Below, piece by piece: positions 12,451-24,170 of a DNA stretch of 64,000 nt. Made by a program: the position numbers and the translations under genes. Source of the DNA: Vicugna vicugna (taxonomy: Eukaryota); contig MU057887.1 of assembly GCA_013265495.1 (NCBI GenBank), positions 135,985 to 199,984 on the forward strand, in the 5' to 3' direction. The notes beneath the pieces are model-generated. The model saw only the letters and a list, made by a program, of their open reading frames with translations, made no database searches and was not told the origin of the DNA. Positions within the stretch are counted from its first letter, which is position 1. Each line of letters starts with the position of its first letter.

Positions 12451-13381
12451 TAGAAGATAAAACCAACAATCTAAGAAAACTTGAGCAACATAATCAAATT
12501 AGTCTAACTGACATTTAAAGGACACGCTTCCTAAGAACAGCAAAACATATTCTGCTCAGTTAAAAAGTGACAGAGCAGAATTCCAGCCAGGTGTGTCTGA
12601 CTTCAGAGCCCTTTTTCCACAATCCAGCACAGTCGCTCAAATATGATGTCTTTGGGGTAAGAAATTCCAGGAAATAAGGAAAGAGAAAAACAAACATGTT
12701 TAGTGGGAGCCCAGAGGTCCGTAGGATGCGTCATGTTGAGTGGCTCTAGATTCAGATCCTGACAGCTGGGGGTGAGGGGGGTGCATGTGTGTGTGTGGGG
12801 GGGGGCTGGGAAGGCCATTCTTTTATATTTGTACACGTATTTTAAATTGCCTTATGTGAATCTCTGTATCGAATTAGCACAACGAGAGACTAAGTGTTAA
12901 CAGCCTGTCGGAGGCAACATACTAGGTTTTCATGAAACAGGTTTTTTCATTAATCAGCATCCGATTCAGGCCTCCTGGTTCTGCTTTCATGGCCAGATCT
13001 TCTTCTGCCTCTAGGCTTCCCTTTGTATGCTTCCTTCTGCCTGTAATGCACTTCCCTCTTTTGTCCTCTGCAGGCTCCTACTCATCCCTCAAAAACCCAG
13101 TTCAGAAGTTTCCCCGTGTAGAGCCCTCCCCAATCCAAGGTCTCCCCGGTAACACGTCATCCCTCTGGTGGAGCCCGCAGACAATGCATTGTCATTTTTG
13201 TTGTTTCTCTCTCTCTTTTGACCGCTGGACCACCAGCTTCCTTGGGGCCCAGGCAGCATCTCTCTCTCTCCCTGTGTGTCATCACGGTCCTGTGTTTTCA
13301 CAGGGGTGTGGAAAGGTCTAGAGCCCTGTGCTGTCATCCCGTCATGCCCAGGGAAAAACTTTCTTTCTTTTCTCTCCTCAG

Positions 13382-13455
13382 CCTCAAGGATAAAAATCAA
13401 GGTGAACTCATCCCCCCTGTGCTGAGGTTCACGGTGACGTACCTGAGAGAGAAAG
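13382..13455 (+). CDS. ARHGAP8: ARHGAP8 exon, RhoGAP ([25 protein letters not shown])
   Basis: cctcag|C...AAAG|gtgagc; 74 nt, phase 2-1; strong pyrimidine tract. Confidence 0.95.
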
Positions 13456-13619
13456 GTGAGCACTGGCTCCAGCCAGGGGAGGTGAGGGCTGCCAGGTACA
13501 CCTCCCCTGGGGGCCTCTTCAGGGTCCTGAGTGCCCCACAGGCCAGGGAATTGGAGGAGCTGGAACCTAGGAGGGAGGGTGACCAGGATGGGCAGGGCTC
13601 ATGCACAGTGTCTCCATCT

Positions 13620-13830
13620 ATGGGCTCTGACCCAGACTGTCTGGGTTTGAATCTTGGCTCTGCTGTGCACTAGCTCTGTGGCCTCAGGCCAGTTACTCAC
13701 CTTCTCTGGCCCTTGTTTCCTCCTCTGTCCAGTAGGATTAATAACAGTACCTGGTTCACAGGGTTGTTATGGGGACTAAGTGAGGTGATGACTGGGAAGT
13801 GCTTTGCACAGCACTGGTTCACAGGACGCC
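13620..13830. mobile_element. MIR SINE
   Basis: ctgggtttgaatcttggctctgc...tagctctgtggcctcaggccagttactcaccttctctg...aataacagtacct. Confidence 0.75.
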
Positions 13831-14676
13831 CCCCATAAAAGGGACTCCTTTGCTACAAGAGATAAACTTGGTTTGCAGATGCCACTGCCAGTGAGGCGGG
13901 TACACTCAGTGGCTTGGAGAGGGTGAGCCTTGTGGCTCCTCCAAGACTCCTGAGGCCAGAGCTCAGATCCACAGGGAAGGTGTACGGAAGCCACTTTTAC
14001 CCTAATGGGAGGCAGATTGTTCTCTCGGAGGAGCAGGATGCCAGGGAGGGGTGGCCGGCCACCTGCGGATGTCGGTGCAGGAGCTGCAAGGGGGCTGTGC
14101 TCAGACAGGAAGTGGGGATCACCTCCGCTGGGGTCCCTGCTGGTGGTTCCCGGCCTGCCCTGGGAACTGCGAGTTCAGATGTGAAGAGTTGTGTGGAACA
14201 CCGCTCGGGCTGGCGGAGCTGTGGTTGTCACGGGAGTCTCTGCTTTGATATTTGCTTCTGCTTTGTCGTTTGTAGTACTTCCCGTTCCGTAATGTGTTTC
14301 AGGGATAGACGAAAAGATAGTGAGTAAACAGTTTCACAGACACTGAACGGGAGTATTCCTTTTTTTTTATCATATTAATACCTTTCTTTATTAAAAAAAT
14401 TTTAACAAAGAAACAGCCCATAGTAGGAACTCCGTGTACATTTGCTGAATGAACATGTGAATTAAACATTTACTCACTGGGCAGCCACCCTGGTCCAGGC
14501 CCTGAGGTTTCCATGGTGACTGTGGCTCACAGCCTCTGCCTTCCAGGGACTCACAGCCCATCATGTTTGTGTCCATAAAGCTGTAACTGTCACAACCACA
14601 GACTTAGGCAGACAGGGATGAGCCGTTCATAGTGATCAGGGGAACCAGGGTGCTAACACCTGGGTGGGAGGTCACT

Positions 14677-15252
14677 GTATCGATTTCGGTGCTGCGTAAC
14701 AAGCGGCCATAAACTTAGGGGTTAAAACAACATGAATTTGTTACGTTCTGGAAGTCAGAAGTCTGGGCACACAGAAGTCGGGTTTTCTGCTCAGGGTCTC
14801 ACAGGGCTAAACTCAAGGTGTCGGCCAGGCTGTGTTCTTCTCTGGAGGCTCTAGGCAATACTCCACTTCCACGCTCATTCAAATTGGCGACCAAATTCAG
14901 TTCTTTGCAGCTACGATGCCTGCTTCCTGGCTGGCTGTCCACCAGCGGCCTCTGTCTGTTCCTAGGGGCCACCTGCTTTCCTTGCTATTGGGCCCCTAGC
15001 TGAAGAAATTCCCACACCTCGAATCCCTGCCCGCATGCTTTGAATCTCTGTTGCCAGGAGAACTTGGTCCCTTTTAAGAAGCTCACCTGATTAGGTCAGA
15101 CCCACCCTAGATAATCTCCACATTCTTGGCCATGGATGTGAATTCCATCTGCAAAGTCCCTTCACTGCAGCATCTAGATTCATGTTTGATTGAATACCTG
15201 AGACCCCAGGGTCCAAGGATCTGGGGGCTATCTCTGAATTCTGCCTGCTACA
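14677..15252 (-). mobile_element. MaLR solo LTR (MLT1-type)
   Basis: tg...ca ends; gctgcgtaacaa...ttctggaagtcagaagtct...gattaggtcagacccacc motifs. Confidence 0.7.
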
Positions 15253-15565
15253 GTCACTCAGCAAAAAACAGAGGGACCAGCCCTCCAGGCAGAGGCAACA
15301 ACACATACACAGGTAGGAGGGAGCACGGAGCCACCTGGAGGCTGGATGGAGTGGGTAAGGGGAGCTGTGGGACAGGAGAGTGGGGCAGCAGCAGCCAGAC
15401 CACATGGGTGCTAAGGGTTTATGGGCAGCTCTCCCGAGCTGATGAACGCAGGAGGGGCTCCATCCAGGGGCTGATGAGATTTGGATAGACATGTTCCATT
15501 CAGCTTCAGGATGGAAAAGAGATGAGGAAGGAGGGGAGGGGAGAGCAGTGGGTCCAAGGCCCACC

Positions 15566-15775
15566 GCAGTCCCATAGAACTTGGAAATGTCCTATATCTG
15601 CACTGTCCAAGGTGGTAGCCACTGGGCACTTGTGGCAGTCACCAAGTAGAGCATTTTAATATGTGGCTCGTGCTTTGAGTGTGGGTAACTTGAGTTTTCC
15701 TTTTATTTAATTTTAATTAATTAAACTGAAATTTAAATCACCATGTGTAGCTGGTGGCCCCCGTGTTGGACAGAT
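15566..15775. mobile_element. MER3-like hAT-Charlie MITE
   Basis: ggaaatgtcctatatctgcactgtccaa...gtagccact...ttttatttaattttaattaatt...gttggacag. Confidence 0.7.
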
Positions 15776-16224
15776 TAGCTCCAGGCACTCACGGGAAGAA
15801 AGGGAAGCAGCATGTTTGGGGGCTTCCTGGGGGCCGGGCATGTGTCAGGGGTTATCCTTCCTACAGCCCTCAGAGGCAGAGGCTCCATGGACTTACTCTG
15901 CAGACAAGGCCACGGACGCTCAGAGAGGCTAAGCGCTTTCCCTAAGCCCACACAGCTGGCGTGAGGCAGAGTTGGAAGGACCTGGGTTCTGTCTGTCTGA
16001 AGTGTCAGTCTCTTCCCCTCTCCCTTTCTGGGGCCCACAGAGGTGGGGAATCACATGGGATTGAGGAGTGTGGACAAGTTTGATTGAAAAGCAGTAAACA
16101 CAGGGACGGGTGGAGGATAGTGTGGGGAAGAGCCTTTCCTGCTAGCCACAGAGGGAGTCACGAAGTGTTCTAGAAACCTCATGTGCTAGGACCTGTGAGA
16201 TGCCCCGAGGCTCTCTCTCTGCAG

Positions 16225-16302
16225 GACTCCGCACCGAGGGCCTGTTCCGGAAATCGGCCAGTGTGCAGACTATCCGCGAAATCCAGCGGCTCTACAACCA
16301 AG
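16225..16302 (+). CDS. ARHGAP8: ARHGAP8 exon with arginine finger ([26 protein letters not shown])
   Basis: ctgcag|GA...CAAG|gtgagg; 78 nt, phase 1-1; EGLFR motif with Arg codon at 16248-16250. Confidence 0.96.
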
Positions 16303-17020
16303 GTGAGGGGGCCCCCGGGGACGCTGGGCCTCCCGCCCGGCCAGCCCCCAGCCCCTAGAATCGTCCAGGGCGGAGGGAGATGCCCAGGTGAGTCCTGTGC
16401 CCGGAGGGGCAGGTGGCCGCACGGTTTCACTTAACTTCCCCGGGTCCTCCTCTCAAGCCAGGCGGACAGTGGTTTGAAGTGTAGGGAACGGTCCTGTGGC
16501 ACCTGCTCGGGCAGCTGCCCTGCCGGACTGGCTCAGCTCCCTCAGCTGCCCGCGGATAAACCTGCTGGCCAGGAGCCGTGGTGTCACAGCTGGCCCGCCA
16601 CCAGTGACGTTAATAAAGCAGCTGGCTGCGGACAGGAGGCCTCCCCTCTTCTCCCGAGCACCCTTGTCTTTCCCACAGCCGTGCATTCTCTCATCAAGCG
16701 ACAGGGTCAGCCTGTCTCAGCCCCGTGTGCCAGGCACCGGGGACAGTGGAGCCTGGTCTGACCTCAGAGCACCCTCATCCCAGGCAGGACCGAGTCACCT
16801 AGCTGAGAATCTGTAGCATGCCCAGCCTCCAGTGGGTGCCCTGGAGAGGCAGGGGAGGGTGGGGCGGCACCGCATTTCCAGGTGCTGTGTCCCAGACACG
16901 TGGTCCAGCATAAGTCCCTTCCCCTTTGGAGGTTTAAAGCCATTTTGTGTCAGAGCCTGTCTGAAAGCGGGAATCCCCAGCCCAGAGTCAGATCTCAGAC
17001 GTGCGATGCCCTGTGTCCAG

Positions 17021-17149
17021 GGAAGCCCATGAACTTTGATGACTACGGGGACATCCACATCCCTGCCGTGATCCTGAAGACCTTCCTGCGGGAGCTGCCC
17101 CAGCCGCTGCTGACTTTCGAGGCCTATGAGCAGATTCTGGGGATCACCA
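17021..17149 (+). CDS. ARHGAP8: ARHGAP8 exon, RhoGAP ([43 protein letters not shown])
   Basis: gtccag|GG...ACCA|gtacgt; 129 nt, phase 1-1; LKxFLRELPxPLL RhoGAP motif. Confidence 0.96.
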
Positions 17150-17474
17150 GTACGTACCTGCTGCAGGTGCCGGCCTGGGGTGGGGCTGCCTGGCCTCCTC
17201 CTGTTTCCATCTGGCACTGTGGGCCAGGGGCGGGGCCCGCCCCCACCCCCACCCCCACCTGGACCCCTGCTGGCCTCAGCCAGGCCGCCGCTGTCCATGG
17301 TGGGGGTACATGGGGTAAGGGGTCGTCATCAGGGTGGCAGAGGGCATCCTAGACGGGGCACGTCACCCAGATCAGAGTGCTGCCTCCACCGCCTCGCGGT
17401 GCTGCTCCAGAGGAACCCCCACCTCCAGCACCTCCTCATTGTCGTCTGGAAAGGGGGTAACCACCCCCGCCTGC

Positions 17475-17955
17475 TGTTAAAGACAAAGCTATTTGGGACC
17501 CTTGTTAAAGTACAGCGGGACAGCCTCTATTCAGTGGGGGCAGGGGACATTGTGAGAGGTGCAGGACCCCGGCAGTGGGCTGTGTCAGTGGGGAGATAGA
17601 TACGGCTCAAGTCTGGATCCAACAAGCAAAAGTGGGGACTTACAGCCAAGGAGCAGGTTGGGGAGTGGTCACTGGGTGGAAACATCAGGGGTTGGGGGGG
17701 TTCTGGCTAGCCTGACCCAACAGGATTCTTGCCGCAGGCAGGCCTGGTGGTCCAGCATCACCTGGGGTTGTGGGGCCAGGGATGAGGAACCCAGTCAGAT
17801 ATCAGGGGCGATCAGGGTTCTCGTTAAACTGGCTTAGCAGGGTCCTTGGTAAAGTTGGACAACACAGAGACAGACATAGAAGCCCAGAAGTCAGGGCCTT
17901 GTTAAAAAAGAACTCAGAGGTGCCTGACTGGACCTTGAGGAGAGAATCTTTGTCA
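17475..17955 (-). mobile_element. ERV1 solo LTR (MER31-like)
   Basis: tg...ca ends; minus-strand start tgacaaagattctctcct resembles MER31; flanks ctgc/ccac fit a ccgc TSD with CpG decay. Confidence 0.65.
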
Positions 17956-18150
17956 CCACGTGTCTCCCCAGGTGGGGGGAGAACGCCAGGGAGACCTGGC
18001 CGGAGCTGCAACCACAGTTCATGGTGAAGTGGGTGCTCTGGGGTGGACCGCGTGCACTGCTCACGTTTCAGAGATAACTGGGGCGTACCAGGAGACAACA
18101 GAACCAAATACGGTCACTTTCAAATGGGGCGGGACTCCCTCCAGCCCCAG

Positions 18151-18833
18151 TGTGACCAAAATTGGGTTCACCTCTTGGTGGGTGTCAGGCCAAGACAGAC
18201 ACCAAGCCAAAGGGCAAGAGAAGGACAGATTTTACTATTGCAGCAAGTCAGGACAACCAGGGGTCTTCCCAAAGCTGTGTCTCCTCAAGCAGCAAAACAG
18301 GGGACTGTTTAAGCTAAGGGTACGTGCATATTCATGCAGGAGCTAGGGTGGTATATGCATATTCATGAGGGGCTTGAGCAGAGGAGAATGCCGCCTAGAA
18401 CCGGGGCAGAGGTTACCAGAGCCCACGCTCCAGCCCCACCAGCTGGAGGTCCGCAAAGGTCAGCGCCGTCGTCCCTTAGGTTCTGGTTGACCTGATGGTT
18501 GGGCGCTTGCGGGGGCTTGGATCCTGCCAAACAGCTCAAGGGTGTGCTCCAGGCTCACCTTTACCTTTGAAATAGACCTGGGGGGGGCTTGACAACTGAT
18601 TTATTGCCTCTGATATGGTGAGGTTACCTCCCTGACCTGGTCAGAGCTGCTCTTATGTTCTTTGTTCCTTTAAAATCATTAACTGCCAAGGCCTGCTCTT
18701 AGGCCTGCTCTAGGTGCAGGCCCTGTGGTCAGGCCTGGATCACAGACGGCTTAGGCCAAAAATGGCTTCTCTTATGTCAAGCAAGCCAGGCCTGGTTCTC
18801 TTCCTCCGGGGCCCCCTACCCCATCTGCCTACA
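18151..18833. mobile_element. ERV1-type solo LTR with 4-bp TSD
   Basis: Starts TGTG and ends TACA; ccag on both sides (18147-18150, 18834-18837). Family not identified. Confidence 0.7.
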
Positions 18834-18960
18834 CCAGGCTTCTTGGAGCCCTGCAGTCCCGGACGGAAACTTGGGTTTTATATTAATTCCAGAACAGCTA
18901 TTTTAGGATATTTTAAAGATAAATCTTGAACTGTTTGCTCCTGATCAGTCTTCTCTGCTT

Positions 18961-19225
18961 TGCAGTGAAGAATCAGTTTTACCCAAAAGAGGTCTGGCCT
19001 CTGAGCTGGCTCCCGGGAGGGAACCTCTAATCCTTGGAATCTCCCAAGTGACAGAAGTTCTTGTTCATGGGGGCCTGATGGTTTATGCTAATGAGGTGAC
19101 TCAGGATGGGGCTGGCCAATCTGGAAAGACCAACCAGGTGCTGTTAGAGGTGGGGTGTTGAGCCTGACCTCTGGGGAGGACAGGGGATGGGGGGAGCTGG
19201 ACACTGATCTTAACCACATGGCCGT
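18961..19225 (+). mobile_element. MER21-like LTR fragment
   Basis: acccaaaagaggtctggcct...tttatgctaatgaggtgactcaggatggggctggcca...gaaagaccaacca. Confidence 0.65.
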
Positions 19226-19891
19226 CCTTCAGGGATATGCGACCCCAACTCCCCTCACCCCACACCCCATGGAAATTTGCACCCATTTAGTTGGCTGGCG
19301 CACCCAAGCACCTCCCAAGCTCCAGGCCCTGCCTGAAGGGGGAGGTGGGGATGGGTGACATCGAAGCTGACTGACTTGGGCCTGGGGGGCTGGAGTCAGG
19401 CTGAGCCTCAGGGAAACATGTGATCGTGTGCACAGAGGTGATTGGCTGGAGGAGACAGACAGGGAGGCTGCCCATCCAGCGTCCATCCACGAGCCGGGCC
19501 CCATGCAGGGATGGCAGGGCAAGGGAGATGGCGGTGCCCTAGAGAGACTCTTCCACACCTCGCTAACCCCTGCAGGGGTCTCCGACCACCCGTGTCCCTG
19601 TGAGTGGAGGTGAGCTGCAGTCCAGTCCTCTGAGGGCCCTGCCTCAATGACAGAGCCACGCTCAGAGAGCCCCTGGGGTCAGCAGGACACACGGTCATGA
19701 AGCCAAGTTGGATTTTTCCTTGTCTCCTCCGCTGCCGTGGCCCTCAGTGTCATGGCCATCAGGGAGGTTGCTCACTGTCTTAACCTTCAGGAGACAGGAG
19801 ATCTGATTAACATCATTAGGAAAAAACCCACTTAGAAACCTCATACCCAGCGTGGGCCATTATGCTGCCGGCACGGACTGTGTGACTCGTG

Positions 19892-20625
19892 TGACAAGGC
19901 CTCTCCTTGGCCGCACTCGAGTGAGGCTCGTCTGGGCCTCCTCGAGTAGACCTCGGCCTTGGCCTGTGAAATCTGCAGACCCGGCACGGATGAGTTCACC
20001 ACCCCACGCCCTGCCCGCCCCCCCCACCACACACAGACTGGAATAAGTACTAGCATTGTTTCCAACAGCTCAAGGCTGCACCCCTAGGACGGTGACTCCA
20101 GACTCAGTCAGTTCCTGCCTGAGAGACAGAACCTGGTGATAGAGATGCCCACCCCGTCTCAGAGCAGTGACTTTAGACAGTGTGCAGTTGTAAGGCCCTC
20201 CTCTGCCCGCTTGGAGATGTAGATCTTCTCTTCCCAGGACTGCCTTCTCAGGGGCCCTAGAGCCATCCCTTTGAAAGGCAAACATTCAGGAAGACCCGTG
20301 CCTCCCGCAGGGGGAGGTGGGGAGGGCGTCGCTCACCTGCCTCCTGTCCTGAGGCCTAAGTGTGTTTCTCTGATTAATAAACCCAGACAGCCTCGTCACA
20401 TTAACCCCCTCTTCCTGCTTTTGCAAACGTCCCCTTCCCTGACTGCTCGAGCCCCTGCTGCCCCCCACCCAGCTCCCTCACCCCCTTACAATGTTCAGCC
20501 ACCTCTGCACAAGTGGTAGGGTTCCATTCATGCCAGATTCTTCCGTTAGGGTAGTTATTACTGAATGCAGTCTATCCTGATCTCCGTAACTAGGGTCCAG
20601 ATAAACCATCCAGTTTATCTTCGAC
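19892..20625 (+). mobile_element. ERV1 LTR-like sequence (MER31-related)
   Basis: Begins tgacaaggcctctccttggcc, similar to the LTR at 17475-17955 in opposite orientation; boundaries approximate. Confidence 0.45.
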
Positions 20626-20902
20626 GCCGGCACCTACTTGCCAGGCCTCGAGCCAGGCAGCGGTGATCTTAGCGGAGGAAACCTGCAGGCCCTGCCCAGA
20701 AGGTGTGCCGGGCTAGCTGTGGGCCAGGTGCAGAGTTGAACCGAGTTGACAGAGTTAAATGGTTGAAGTGTTTCTCGACCTGGACAACAGGTATTTTCCA
20801 GAAGGAACACGGGAGAAGGCTGCCGGGCGGGAGGAGGAGCGGTGGCAAAGGCGTGGCAGGGTGACTGAGCTGGGAGCTTGTGGCCATGAGGCTGGCTGGG
20901 CG

Positions 20903-21100
20903 ACAGAGGTTCTCAAACTCTCCTGGGCATCGGACTCCCTCCCCCACCGACCCCCGGGGGCAGGTTGAAACATTGACCCCTGGGCCCCACCCTGGAGTTT
21001 CTGACTCCATAGGGCTGGACATCAGCCTGTGAACCTGCATTTCAACTGGTTCCTGGGCGATGCTGATGGGCAGGGCTCTGTCCCGTGGAACACAGTGGAC
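20903..21100. mobile_element. MER5-like hAT-Charlie MITE
   Basis: cagaggttctcaaact...gggccccaccctggagtttctgactc...ctgcatttcaac. Confidence 0.65.
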
Positions 21101-21687
21101 GCCCAATTCCTGGGAAAGGCCAGGCTGTGAAAAGCCAAGCCTCTGAGGGATAAAGCTCAATATGTGGTCTTTTTGCTCCAGGAAGCAGGGGCAGGGGAGG
21201 GGCAGACACTGAGAACTTGTGAAGATTATAGCATGATGGTAATCACACGAGCACACAGTAAGAGAAAAAAATCGAACAGTGCGAAAGGGTCCGTGATGAA
21301 GCTGGGGTCCCCTGCCAGCACCCTCGGTCCCACGCGTGCATCGACCCAGCAGTGGGTCTGTGCCTGTTTTCCTCTCTTTCCAGGAGTGTTCCTCGTGCAC
21401 ACGCTGTTTTGAGCCCTGCTTTTTTTTAAAATATGAGACATCTTTTAGTTCTTTCCTCGTCCTGCGCATCTTGACTCGTTCTTTTTAACAGCTGCCTAGC
21501 ATCCCATCAACTTTATGATGTTACAGGTAGCAAACATCTAGGACTACTTCCAGTTTTGTTTTGCTCCCTAATTTTAAGTCTCACTTCTGGTTATTGAGAA
21601 CCCCCATGCCCATGTGACCGAAGACCAAGGCTTCCGGCTGTTGGCTGTCGTCTGACAACGCAGCCTGGCTGAATTGTGACTCAGGTG

Positions 21688-21878
21688 TAGGGTTGCCAGA
21701 TTGAACAATAAAAATATAGGATGCCCAGTTAAATGTGAATTTCAGATATGCAGTGAATACTTTTTTAATATAAGGATATTCTAAATACTGCACAGAGTGT
21801 ACCTGTACTAAAAAATATGCGCTGTTTATCTCAAATTCACATTTAACTAAGTGTCCCCTGTTTTACCTGGCCACCCTA
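21688..21878. mobile_element. MER53-like palindromic hAT MITE, full length
   Basis: TIRs tagggttgccag/ctggccacccta; perfect 8-bp TSD ctcaggtg (21680-21687, 21879-21886); internal inverted symmetry. Confidence 0.88.
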
Positions 21879-22039
21879 CTCAGGTGGGCTGCATGTCTTC
21901 CTGAAGGGATGCAAAAGCCCGCCCTTGCAGGGAACACTCTGGAGGAAATGGGCTTTCCAGGTGGCCTGTGTTGTACAGGGAGAAAGGAAACTGCTACAGG
22001 GACAATCACCCAGTATATAGCAGGGAGGTTGAGAGCCCT

Positions 22040-22215
22040 GACTCAGAGCTGAACAGATCTGGACTCCAGTCTGGGCTTCACCACACATTAGCTGTGTGAC
22101 CTTGGGCAAGTCACTTAACCTCTCTGAGCTCAGTTTCCTCATCTGTATCAAACTGGGACTGCTTTAAGGATTAAGTGTGCATAAAATTCTTGACATGGTT
22201 CCTGCTCTGTACATA
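22040..22215. mobile_element. MIR SINE
   Basis: tagctgtgtgaccttgggcaagtcacttaacctctctgagctcagtttcctcatctgta, near-consensus MIR core. Confidence 0.85.
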
Positions 22216-22874
22216 CATGAGATACATGCTCCTTACACAGTAGCTTTATGACAGCAAGTGGGTCCTTCCTGCTCACCAGGGAGTGCTCTTTCTCCAAGGA
22301 ACCATAGTAAAAGCCGGGGGTGGGGGAGGACCTGGCACCAGTGTCTGCTCTGGGGCCACAGTTCTTAGAAAGAAGATGTGGAGGCTGGAGAGCAGAGACC
22401 CAGGGCAGCCAGATGGCCGCCTCCAAGCCTGCTGGTTCCTCGGAAATATTAATTCCAAGGAAACTCTTGGTCCGCTCAAATGACCCAGCAACAGCTTGAG
22501 TTCCGGAAAGAATGACTTTTATTAAAAAGCCAACAAGGATGTTCACAGTAGGGAATTCTGTGTCTTTCTGCAGTGGCTGTGTGTGTCAAGCACAGAGTGT
22601 TCACCGTAACCCTGCCCAGGGCTTCGTGGGAGGAGGTTAGCGCTCAGAGGACTGCGGTGTGAGTGTGCATGTGGGTGTGTGTGCAGGTGTGTCTGCTGCA
22701 GGGGCCTGGTGCGCACTTGATGATGGCGAGTTTTGACTTGAAGGCTATGGAGGTCGGTGGAGGATGTAGTTATGGGGGGGTCTGGGGCTGCTCACTCTGG
22801 TCAGCTCCACCCAGGCCCCTGGTGGGCACAGGCACCTGAGCTGTGAATCTTAAGCAGGTTAAGTTGGTGTAGAG

Positions 22875-23045
22875 CCGGGTCAGCACACTCTTTCTGTAAA
22901 GGGTGAGAGAGTCATTATTTTATGTGCCGGACGCAACTGGAATGCAGAAGCAGCCACGGACAAAGGGGCGCGGGTCTGCGCCAGTAAAGCTTTATTGATA
23001 GAAGCAGGCCATTGGCCCTCGGCTTGTAGTTTGCCGCTGCTGGCC
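22875..23045. mobile_element. MER58-like hAT-Charlie MITE
   Basis: gggtcagcacactctttctgtaaaggg...agtaaagctttatt...tgtagtttgcc. Confidence 0.6.
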
Positions 23046-23258
23046 TGGACCATTCCATGTATGAAGTGGTTCGGCTCCCTGGCCCTCTGGGAGGGAGTAG
23101 CTACGGTGCCCGTGGAGAAGGGAGGGAAGAGCGAAGAAGAGGGGTTTGCTGAGAAGAGCCGCCCAGCTGGGAAGAAGGCGGGGCCCCGAGCTGCCCTCCT
23201 CCCAGTCCCCACAGCCGTCCCTGGGAGGGACACAGGAAGGACCCTCGTGCTGTTGCAG

Positions 23259-23362
23259 GTGTGGAGAGCAGCCTGCGGGTGACCTGCTGCCGCCAGATCT
23301 TGCAGAGGCTTCCAGAACACAACTACGCCGTCCTCCGCTACCTCATGGGCTTCCTGCACGAG
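23259..23362 (+). CDS. ARHGAP8: ARHGAP8 exon, RhoGAP ([34 protein letters not shown])
   Basis: ttgcag|GT...GAG|gtgagt; 104 nt, phase 1-0; LPxxNxxVLxYL motif. Confidence 0.96.
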
Positions 23363-23711
23363 GTGAGTGGGCCGGGCAGGGCCGCGGAGGGGAGGCGCTC
23401 CGCTTGGAGCCCCAACAGACCAGGGTCCGGGTTCACATCCTCCTCGGGCTTGGAACCCCACTCAGGCCTCAGAGGACTCCATCCAAGGTCTGGCCAGGCA
23501 ACAGCTTTGCTGAGAAACCCACCTGGCTGCTGGGCAGGGTCACCCGTGCCCGCCCCCACCCCCCTTGGACACCTGGTTGGTGCTGAGACCTTCCCTGTCG
23601 GGTCCCTCTGCTCCGCGCCCACCCGGACTGAGTGTCAGGAGCGGGGACATGTGCCCAGGCCAGGGATGGCGAGGAGTCTCGTGGCCGTATGTGGACCCAG
23701 TAGGACATTCC

Positions 23712-24170
23712 TGTGAAGTTTCATGAGTTTCCTGGGGCTGCTGTAGCAAAGTACCGCACGCTGGGTGGCTTAAAGCAATAGAAATGTGAGCTCTCACCAT
23801 CCTGGAGGCCAGAGGTCCTAAAATCAAGGACCGAGGTCTGCAGCCCCATGCTCCCTCGGGAGGCTCCAGGGGAGGGTCCTCCCTGCCTCCTCCAGCTCCT
23901 GGCGGCTCCGGGCGCCCCAGGCTTGTGGCTGCATCCCCCAGGCCCGTCTTACCTAGCCTCCCCTCCTCCGTGTGTCTCTGTGTCTCCAGTCTCTCTCTCC
24001 TTTATCTGATAAAGTTACTTGTCGTTGGATTAGGGCCCACCTGGGTCATCCAGGGTGCTCTCACCTTGAGATCCTTAACGTCTGCAAAGACCCTTTCTCC
24101 AGTACGGCCACCTTCGCAGGTTCTGGGTGGGCGTCTCTCTTGTGGGGCTGCCATTCAGCCCCCGGCACCA
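23712..24170 (-). mobile_element. MaLR solo LTR (MLT1C-like)
   Basis: tttcctggggctgctgtagcaaagtacc...gggtggcttaaagcaatagaaat...ggattagggcccacc...ccattcagccc. Confidence 0.75.
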
